Source of the DNA: an uncultured virus (IMG/VR IMGVR_UViG_3300028571_002018)
Taxonomy: Duplodnaviria > Heunggongvirae > Uroviricota > Caudoviricetes
Length of the DNA: 64,000 nucleotides
Strand: one strand, 5' to 3'
IMG/VR virus record: IMGVR_UViG_3300028571_002018
Numbering within the stretch: the stretch's first letter is position 1; each line of letters opens with the position of its first letter. The position numbers and the translations under genes are program-made. This document shows, one piece after another, positions 57,217 to 64,000 of this stretch. The notes below the pieces were generated by a model. The model saw only the letters and a program-made list of their open reading frames with translations. It was not told where the DNA came from and ran no database searches.

Positions 57217-58944
57217 TTACAGTTCAAACAAATCTGGTTCAGCGTCGACAACGGGCATTCGTTTTTCGCCCAAGTGCTCAGAATATTTTCTGTTGACTTC
57301 TGCTACAGCCTGCTTGGCATACTTCCGAACTGCCAATTGCACTGGCTCGTTGCAAGGACCTGCAATCTCGTCCAGCGACCAGTGTCGGACACGCCGGACA
57401 GCAGAGGCCAACGCTATCCTTCGGCCTGTGCTCTTATCGCGCAGGCTAATAAGCAACTCATTGCCCTGACGGCATCGGGAAATGTAACTATCCGCGCAAT
57501 TGTGCAATGCCGTCGCCTCGGTAATCAATGCGTTTGGGGAAAGTAGTGGCACAACCATTAGCTTGCCCGATGTATCCCATTGCGCCGATTGAACCCACAA
57601 GGCCCAGGCTGGAGCGTCCTGCGTATCCTCTGCTTGTTCCAATTTTTCGTGAAATTGCACCGCCTCACGCAACCAAGAGCAACCGCGGCGTCGCTGATTC
57701 TTGTCTGGGCGAAAGGCGTACTTTCTAACCAGCCATGCCCAGCGTGGAACGCTATCAAAGAGTTCCTGATATGCCACGGCGTCCCCGCGCCTATCAGAAG
57801 CCTCGTTGCAGACAATTTGCCAAAACCAACCCGGAACACCTGCACTGGACGTTTCAAATGTGTCGGGCCGACCCGCTGAATCGTGCAACAAACGTATAAA
57901 ACCACGCGGAGCCAATGTTGGCCACCGTGATGCATCCAGAGCCTTCAGGCTCAAAATGAGCGATTCCCATGGAGAACGGTTAAGTTGGCTTGGCAGCAAG
58001 CGGTTCATTCCCTTCTCGGCCAATACACGCCAAGCCTTTTGCGACAGACCCGATGCCAGAATGTCATTCATCATCGCTGGAATGGCATCTGCCGTTTGGG
58101 AAAGATCGTTAGGTCTAGCGTACGAAAGCCACGCGGTCAGCGCAACCAACAGTCGTGGGTTTTCTCGATCCATGGTTTGAAACACGCGAAGGTTTCTCCA
58201 CACCAAGTTCAAATGCTGTGCCGTGAGGCTTGCCTTACCTGGATAGAGCCGAGCACGCAATGCGGTATCCACGAGATCTGAACCTATGTACAAAGTCAAC
58301 ATGGCGGCCAAGCGATGCCGAACTGCCGCCATTGCGCCACATCTTTTCAATCGCGCGCCAACCAAATCGATAACGTCATTGAGCGCCGAATCCATCGCGT
58401 CAAAGCTCGTAAAGAGTTGACCTTGATCCTGTTCACCAAGCTTTTTGGTGTAAGAAAACCAGCCTGGCCGGGCTGCGATATAGACAAGCCAAGTCGACTT
58501 GCAAAGTGGATTGAGTAGATCAACATTGTCCAAGCGCGAATCGACACAGTGCTTCCATGGCGGACTTTGTTTGCTGGCCTTTTCTCGACGTGAAATGGGA
58601 GATGGTTCAACCCAGACTGCCTGCTCTGACCGATCAATTACATAGTCCAACGCGCCAAAGATTCGAATCCGCAATCGACTGCCAACCGAAGACATAACGC
58701 GTATGGGGTCGGCATATAAGTGTTGCATCACATGTCCCAGCAATGCCGAAGCGCCTAAGGAAACGGTGTCCTCATACACATCCCCAGTCAAAACTGGATG
58801 TGCGAGGTGGTCACTGGTGCATTCCTTAGCCGATCGCATTCTCTGGCGAACTGCCGCATTTATCAACCGCGCCCCAATGCCGTTGTCTATCAAATATTGG
58901 ATCGGTACAAGGTGTGCTTCTCTCATGTACGGCAGGTTAGCCAA
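57217..58944 (-). CDS. PcfJ-like domain protein
   Basis: C-terminal LITEATALHNCADSY...ISLR...EIAGPCN. Confidence 0.7.
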   Translation of the reverse strand: MANLPYMREAHLVPIQYLIDNGIGARLINAAVRQRMRSAKECTSDHLAHPVLTGDVYEDTVSLGASALLGHVMQHLYADPIRVMSSVGSRLRIRIFGALDYVIDRSEQAVWVEPSPISRREKASKQSPPWKHCVDSRLDNVDLLNPLCKSTWLVYIAARPGWFSYTKKLGEQDQGQLFTSFDAMDSALNDVIDLVGARLKRCGAMAAVRHRLAAMLTLYIGSDLVDTALRARLYPGKASLTAQHLNLVWRNLRVFQTMDRENPRLLVALTAWLSYARPNDLSQTADAIPAMMNDILASGLSQKAWRVLAEKGMNRLLPSQLNRSPWESLILSLKALDASRWPTLAPRGFIRLLHDSAGRPDTFETSSAGVPGWFWQIVCNEASDRRGDAVAYQELFDSVPRWAWLVRKYAFRPDKNQRRRGCSWLREAVQFHEKLEQAEDTQDAPAWALWVQSAQWDTSGKLMVVPLLSPNALITEATALHNCADSYISRCRQGNELLISLRDKSTGRRIALASAVRRVRHWSLDEIAGPCNEPVQLAVRKYAKQAVAEVNRKYSEHLGEKRMPVVDAEPDLFEL

Positions 58945-59040
58945 CGAGGGGAATCATTACCAAAATTCCCCTCAAATTTCGCAAACCTTCGAACCGCTAA
59001 AACCTCCCACATCGCCATGAAGTTCAATACACTACCGATG

Positions 59041-59118
59041 TGCCAGGGCCGGTGGTCATAGAGACGTGCAGTGAGTAGCTGCAAGATGTCTGGTTCAAAT
59101 CCGGGCCTGACCCTGGCG
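59041..59118 (+). ncRNA. tRNA-like cloverleaf with non-canonical D and anticodon loops
   Basis: TGCCAGGGCCGG/CTGACCCTGGCG stem; GTC-ATAGA-GAC; TGCAG-TGAGTAG-CTGCA; GTCTGG-TTCAAAT-CCGGGC. Confidence 0.55.
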
Positions 59119-59185
59119 CACCGTCGTAGAAGGTGATGTTGACGGCTGACCGATAGATGATCTGGCTATTTGATGTCGTTTCGCG

Positions 59186-60061
59186 TTAACCGATATACAC
59201 CCGCACACAAGCCCGCATCGTGTTGTCGTGCAAGTCTAGTACCGGTCGAATCCCATGCATATCATCCCGCTGATAACCACCAGCCAGATTCCATGCAACC
59301 GGGACTTGCATCGCTTTACATTCTTGAAACACCAGTTCGTCGCGCCGAAGCATTTGCTCCGTTGTCATGACACCCCCCAGCGGATCATTGATATGGGGAT
59401 CGGCACCCGCCTGGTAGAGGATGAGATCACATCCCGACATGCCTTTAAGCACACTGGGCAAATGCCTGAAAAGTTCCTCCGACTTTTCAACCGTGGTGTA
59501 GGGCTGCTCCCCAAACGTGTAGTGTTGCAGCCAATTTCCCAGCTCAAGCAATTCAATGAGCGAAGCAGTCCCATCCCCGAAGTGCACATCGCAGTCCACA
59601 ATGCCCACCCGATCCACAAGGCCCGCACTTTTCAAGGCTCGTGCTGCGATGACCAAACCATTAAAAGTACAGAATCCTGCACCCTTTGCATAGCGAGCAT
59701 GGTGGAACCCTGCGACAGGTGCCACAGCTACTTTGCCATTGGCAACAGCCTCGCGTCCGGCATCAATCATTGCACCGACGGTGTACCTGCAGGTTTCAGC
59801 TATCGCCACATCTTTGTTCATAAAGCCATTGGCTTGCTGGCCTGAGAAAATCTTCCTCACGTAGTCCATCGAGTGGGCCAGGCACAGCACTTCGTCGTCG
59901 GCTGGACAAACGTCGTGTACCGAGATTGGTGCGCCCATGGCCAGCCAAGAGTGCACAACTGGTTTGGGCTTTGCTGCGCTGGGCGAAAATCCACCGCTGT
60001 CTGCGACCATCTGATCACAGTAGAAGACCGGCAGCGTTGACAGCGTTTCGTTAGTTGTCAT
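59186..60061 (-). CDS. Zn-dependent histone-deacetylase-family protein
   Basis: GFHHA, GFCTFN, DCDVHFGDGT, QAGADPHINDPLG, LAGGYQ. Confidence 0.88.
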   Translation of the reverse strand: MTTNETLSTLPVFYCDQMVADSGGFSPSAAKPKPVVHSWLAMGAPISVHDVCPADDEVLCLAHSMDYVRKIFSGQQANGFMNKDVAIAETCRYTVGAMIDAGREAVANGKVAVAPVAGFHHARYAKGAGFCTFNGLVIAARALKSAGLVDRVGIVDCDVHFGDGTASLIELLELGNWLQHYTFGEQPYTTVEKSEELFRHLPSVLKGMSGCDLILYQAGADPHINDPLGGVMTTEQMLRRDELVFQECKAMQVPVAWNLAGGYQRDDMHGIRPVLDLHDNTMRACVRVYIG

Positions 60062-60923
60062 GACCACGCCCCTTCACTTCATCCAGTGCGGATTGAATGC
60101 CCAGCAAGCCCTCGAGCGCGCTCTTAGGAATGCTGACGTCAGCACTCCCTGGCACCTGACTTTCTTGGGGATTAATACGAATCAAGCGCCCGTCGTATCG
60201 GCTGATGATGCTGTGGCTGAAATGGCGGACCGATGGTATCGCGGTTCCAGCCCCCAACTCAACGATTACCACTCGGGCTCGCGCTGATTCAACCGTGTAA
60301 AGCCACTGGTCTTCCCGGCGGGACTGAGCCCGTGTTCTGGATTCCAGCCAATTCCAATCTCCAAACATCAATATGTTCGGACGGGCAAGACTGCCGCAGG
60401 CTGAGCAGGTCGGAGGTCCATTGGTGAGGTGACAAGCATCTTCGTTGATGTGGGGCATAAATCCGTCTGCACTCCACACCGTGCGCTCGCATCTCTCCTT
60501 GCACTGGAAGTGGTGGATCGAGCCATGGCATTCATGAATCTGGTCGTCTGCAAACCCGGCCTTTTGAAACTGTCCATCCACATTGCTCGTGAATATCCAG
60601 CTACCAAACATCATCTCCTCGCTCCACTTGCGAAGAATTTGAAACCCTTCATGCGGCACGGTCTTGCGGTACAAGTCCAATCGGTGACCGTAGAAGCCCC
60701 AAGCGAGCATTGGGTCCTTCTCGAATGTCGCCGGGTTCGCCACTTGAGTAAAGTCCAACTTGGCTCGTGCCAATGCGGGGTAGGCATTCCAGAAGCCCTC
60801 ACGCCCCCGAAAATCAGGCAAGCCGGAGTCCACGCCCATGCCCGCTCCCGCCCCGATAACCAAGGCATCTGCACCAGCGATGAGCTCAGCAGCCCTGTAA
60901 AACGATGTTGTCAAGTCGGTCAT
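60051..60923 (-). CDS. Sir2-family NAD-dependent protein
   Basis: GAGAGMGVDSGLPDFRG, TSNVDG, HGS, four-Cys Zn site, RPNILMFGD. Confidence 0.9.
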   Translation of the reverse strand: MTDLTTSFYRAAELIAGADALVIGAGAGMGVDSGLPDFRGREGFWNAYPALARAKLDFTQVANPATFEKDPMLAWGFYGHRLDLYRKTVPHEGFQILRKWSEEMMFGSWIFTSNVDGQFQKAGFADDQIHECHGSIHHFQCKERCERTVWSADGFMPHINEDACHLTNGPPTCSACGSLARPNILMFGDWNWLESRTRAQSRREDQWLYTVESARARVVIVELGAGTAIPSVRHFSHSIISRYDGRLIRINPQESQVPGSADVSIPKSALEGLLGIQSALDEVKGRGHDN

Positions 60924-61795
60924 TTTTCAAAAACCTCGTTGGCATCTGGTGAAACGACCACAAGGTCGATGATTTTTGCGCAATCTGGGAACACCGCTTG
61001 CAGCCTCTCACCAAGGTGATCCCACAGAGCGACACACTCATGGACGCACTGACGATGCAACGTTATGAGGTGGCTTTCGTCCAGCGCGTTCAACCACTGT
61101 GCGGCACGAGCAATCTGGGCACTGCCACGCGGTGTCTGATCCAAGCTCGGCCATTCGCCAAGGGGCGGGATTTCGTCCCGATACACAGCCCAAATTGCCC
61201 GAAGCCGCATTCTGTCGTTCAACAGTGGACTTTCCAGATCCATCAAGTTGAGAAACGTAAGCATCTGCCCCAGGGCAGCGAGCATGTCATAGGTGTCCCA
61301 AATGGGAAGTTCCCCTTCCTCCACTGCGTAGCCCTCCTGCGCCGGGTGCACCCCAGCATCCCACCACAAAACCATGAGTTTGGTGGTACCCGTGGCCTTT
61401 TCTCGAAGGAGTTTTTGCGTGCTGACGGCCGACTGAAGTGCCTCACTTAACAGCGGATCGGACCGAACCAAAATGAAGTCCCAAAGCGACTTCTTGTCCT
61501 CCAGACTCCACTGTGCAGCAAAGTCTTCGAACTGGTTCAATCGGAATCCGCTGCGCACAGGAACCAATCCTGGCGGTCTTGGCAGAGAACCGTCCAGGAA
61601 CGCGTTGCTTACCTGCTCCTCTGATGCCTGCTCTTCTGGTACGAGCCAGAGGACCTCTGCAAATCGGTGCAAATCCTTTTTGTGCTGAATGCCCAAAACT
61701 TTATGCACATTTATGACGTTGGCCGCGTCAGACAACAGATCGTGCAAGGGCTGAAAGAGAATTGCGACGTGACGGCCGCTCGGGAGCATAGGCAT
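60920..61795 (-). CDS. Hypothetical protein
   Basis: 291-aa ORF whose stop overlaps the Sir2 start. Confidence 0.7.
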   Translation of the reverse strand: MPMLPSGRHVAILFQPLHDLLSDAANVINVHKVLGIQHKKDLHRFAEVLWLVPEEQASEEQVSNAFLDGSLPRPPGLVPVRSGFRLNQFEDFAAQWSLEDKKSLWDFILVRSDPLLSEALQSAVSTQKLLREKATGTTKLMVLWWDAGVHPAQEGYAVEEGELPIWDTYDMLAALGQMLTFLNLMDLESPLLNDRMRLRAIWAVYRDEIPPLGEWPSLDQTPRGSAQIARAAQWLNALDESHLITLHRQCVHECVALWDHLGERLQAVFPDCAKIIDLVVVSPDANEVFEK

Positions 61796-61859
61796 TGGAG
61801 TTCCTTGGGACTTGAACCCAGAGCTTATGTAAGCGTCTGCCTTGTCGCCAAAATTCCCC
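61796..61859 (-). ncRNA. Short tRNA-like element lacking a full anticodon arm
   Basis: GGGGAATTT-TG-GCG-ACAAGGCAGA-CGC-TTACATAAGCTC-TGGG-TTCAAGT-CCCA-AGGAACTCCA. Confidence 0.5.
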
Positions 61860-61990
61860 TACTTTTTAAGATTGAAGTCACTCTTGCAGTGGCGATGGAC
61901 CCATCCAACCTATTTTTTTCGGCCACTACCAAATCACCGGAAGTTACTGCCAAAATAGGCCAATTTTGACAAATCTGGATGTTTCTGCTC

Positions 61991-62221
61991 ATGGCTAAGC
62001 CCACATCGGACATTCTTACTATCACAGAAGTTGCAGAGTATTTGAAGGTCGCAGAACGGACGCTTTACCGGTTAGCCGCAGCAAGAAAGGTCCCCGCCTT
62101 CAAGGTTGGTGGTACTTGGCGGTTTTCTCGCGCGGATATTGATAAGTGGATCAAACAACAGTCCCTGGTTGCCCAGGAAAACGATATCCACGTCGTAACA
62201 AAAGGGAGTGGACTGAAATGA
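61991..62221 (+). CDS. Excisionase-family HTH regulator preceding the defence operon
   Basis: ILTITEVAEYLKVAERTLYRLA...PAFKVGGTWRF. Confidence 0.85.
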   Translation: MAKPTSDILTITEVAEYLKVAERTLYRLAAARKVPAFKVGGTWRFSRADIDKWIKQQSLVAQENDIHVVTKGSGLK

Positions 62222-62297
62222 ATAAATTCTGGAAAGATGGCAACACAGACCATCATCAAGTCTTCGCACATGTTGAAACTGAGTCGGGAAGCTGCGA

Positions 62298-64000
62298 ATG
62301 ACTGGCCGCTGGAAGACGATTTCGCCGTCCCAGTTTCCGTGGGAGCAGGATGCACTCGACTTTGTGCAGCGCGCGTTGCCCAACCGCGAGCCCTTCCGGG
62401 CCTACAGTAACTTCGAGTTTGTCGCCGACGACGGGAGCATTAACGAAGTCGATTTGCTGATCATTTCGCGCTACAGCATTTTCCTCGTTGAGATCAAAAG
62501 CCGCCCTGGGGAAGTAAGTGGCGATTCGCACACCTGGATCTGGCGCGACGGCGCCCGGGAATACTTTGACGACAACCCCTTGCTGCTCACAAACCGGAAG
62601 GCAAAAAAGCTCGCGTCGCTGCTGCGAAAGCAACTGACCGTTCAGAAACGTCGCACACCCTACATCCAGTCGCTGGTCTTCCTGTCCGACCCTGCGCAAC
62701 GTTGCAAGCTCACCGGTCCTGCTCGGGAAAATGTCCATTTGCGGGCCGACATTGCCAGCAAATTGTTCGATGAAGCGGCTCCTGTTGCCAGCGCGCAGCC
62801 GATAGACCGTGATCTGGCCACGTCACTCAATCGGGCGCTGGAAACGATCGGCATCCGTCCGCCGCAGCAAAGCCGGCGCGTTGGCGACTACCAGCTCGAA
62901 CAAGTTCTGGCTGAGACCGACTTTCACCAAGACTGGCTTGCCAAGCACGTATCGCTCACCAACCTGCGCCGACGTGTTCGTCTGTACACCGCCAAACGCA
63001 CGCTCAACGCTGCACAGCGCTCCATGCTCGCCGACGCAGCTCGGCGCGAGTTTCAGTTGCTTGAGGGCATCCGCCACCCAGGTATCCTGCGCGCTTCAGA
63101 CTTCATCGACAGCGAGCACGGGCCTGCCCTGATCTTTGAGTACGACGAAGGACTCCAGCGACTCGACCACTTCATCCGGGCGCAAGGGGAACACCTCGAT
63201 CTCTGGCAGCGGTTGAAGCTTGTCCGCGCCATTGCCGAGGCGCTGGATGCTGCTCACCGCTACCGCCTCTACCACCGAGGCCTGTCGCCGCAGACCATTA
63301 TGGTTAGGACTGTTGGTGCCAATTCGTTCGATGTCACCATCTTCGACTGGCAGATCGCCACGCGCCAGTTGCAAGAGGCCGAAGGTGAGACAACCGGAAC
63401 GCTGCATGTCGAGATGCTTTCGGACCGTGTAGCTCAAGAGATCTACCTCGCCCCAGAAGCTCGCATTGCGCCCAGACCCGACTCCATCAAGTTGGACCTG
63501 TTTTCGCTCGGAGCCATCTCCTATTTTGTGCTTGCGGGCGAACCTCCCGCCATCAGCGGTGATGAGCTGGTCACCAAGTGCGAACAAGGGCCCGGCCTCA
63601 CTTTGTCATCCATGGTCAACGGATGCCTGGCCGAGATAGAGGAACTCATCCAGTTCGCCACCTGGCCCTCTCCTGATGATCGGTTCAGCTCGACCAACGA
63701 ATTCTTGGCCGCCCTCGACAAGGCAGAAGAAGCCCTCGAGGATGCCCTGACCGCACCCGCTTCACCGCTGACGTCCCCGCTGGAGGCCAACACAGGCAAC
63801 GAACTCAATGGCTTTGAAGTCATTCGCCGACTTGGCAAGGGCGGCACAAGTTTGGCCCTTGAAGTACGCCGCCAAGGATCTGGGCAACCGCGCCAGGGCG
63901 TATTCAAGATCGCGTTGGAACCAGAGTACAACGAGCGGCTCAAGCGCGAAGCTGAAACGCTCGTGCGGCTGCAGCCCCACCAGAACATCGTCCAGTGCTT
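62298..64000 (+). CDS. pglW: BREX type 2 (Pgl) NERD plus Ser/Thr kinase PglW, 5' part (runs off the window)
   Basis: Not in the ORF track because it has no stop. Manual translation gives MTGRWKTISPSQFPWEQDAL...YSNFEF...EVDLL...VEIKS (NERD), then HPGIL, YHRGLSP, YLAPE, DLFSLG, and a second kinase LGKGG. Confidence 0.85.
   Translation, partial: MTGRWKTISPSQFPWEQDALDFVQRALPNREPFRAYSNFEFVADDGSINEVDLLIISRYSIFLVEIKSRPGEVSGDSHTWIWRDGAREYFDDNPLLLTNRKAKKLASLLRKQLTVQKRRTPYIQSLVFLSDPAQRCKLTGPARENVHLRADIASKLFDEAAPVASAQPIDRDLATSLNRALETIGIRPPQQSRRVGDYQLEQVLAETDFHQDWLAKHVSLTNLRRRVRLYTAKRTLNAAQRSMLADAARREFQLLEGIRHPGILRASDFIDSEHGPALIFEYDEGLQRLDHFIRAQGEHLDLWQRLKLVRAIAEALDAAHRYRLYHRGLSPQTIMVRTVGANSFDVTIFDWQIATRQLQEAEGETTGTLHVEMLSDRVAQEIYLAPEARIAPRPDSIKLDLFSLGAISYFVLAGEPPAISGDELVTKCEQGPGLTLSSMVNGCLAEIEELIQFATWPSPDDRFSSTNEFLAALDKAEEALEDALTAPASPLTSPLEANTGNELNGFEVIRRLGKGGTSLALEVRRQGSGQPRQGVFKIALEPEYNERLKREAETLVRLQPHQNIVQC

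Noticed and set aside
61991..64000. MADS system (mad1-like HTH plus kinase)
   Set aside because: The kinase N-terminus matches the PglW pattern, and no methyltransferase follows the HTH. The downstream genes are outside the window.

Overview
This window holds a near-complete, GC-rich lambdoid siphoprophage (about 2.1-47.9 kb, mostly minus strand) flanked by lower-GC accessory DNA. The prophage carries lysis (holin, endolysin, Rz, embedded Rz1), tail, lambda-type head and GpA terminase genes. It also has two ParB-methyltransferase fusions, a cos-like site, P4-type primase replication genes, an HTH-ImmA/PIN/757-aa control operon and a large serine recombinase module. At the left edge, the 3' end of an IS256-like element interrupts an SNF2 helicase, followed by a type II Thoeris pair (TIR plus TM-Macro). 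At the right are an AbiE type IV toxin-antitoxin pair, a roughly 12-kb uncharacterised island, and the start of a BREX type 2 pglW gene. The island encodes cpYpsA SLOG, a Mesh1-like HD hydrolase, RtcB, a PLD-like protein, a tandem RHH protein, PcfJ, an HDAC and Sir2. The most notable observation is that this RtcB island contains three tRNA-like non-coding elements read directly from the sequence. Each keeps a T arm and at least a partial acceptor stem but has an aberrant anticodon arm. One begins just after the rtcB stop and carries an insert of about 120 nt. The island also has a recurring AAATTCCCCT box. All family calls come from motif recognition by eye; no searches were run.
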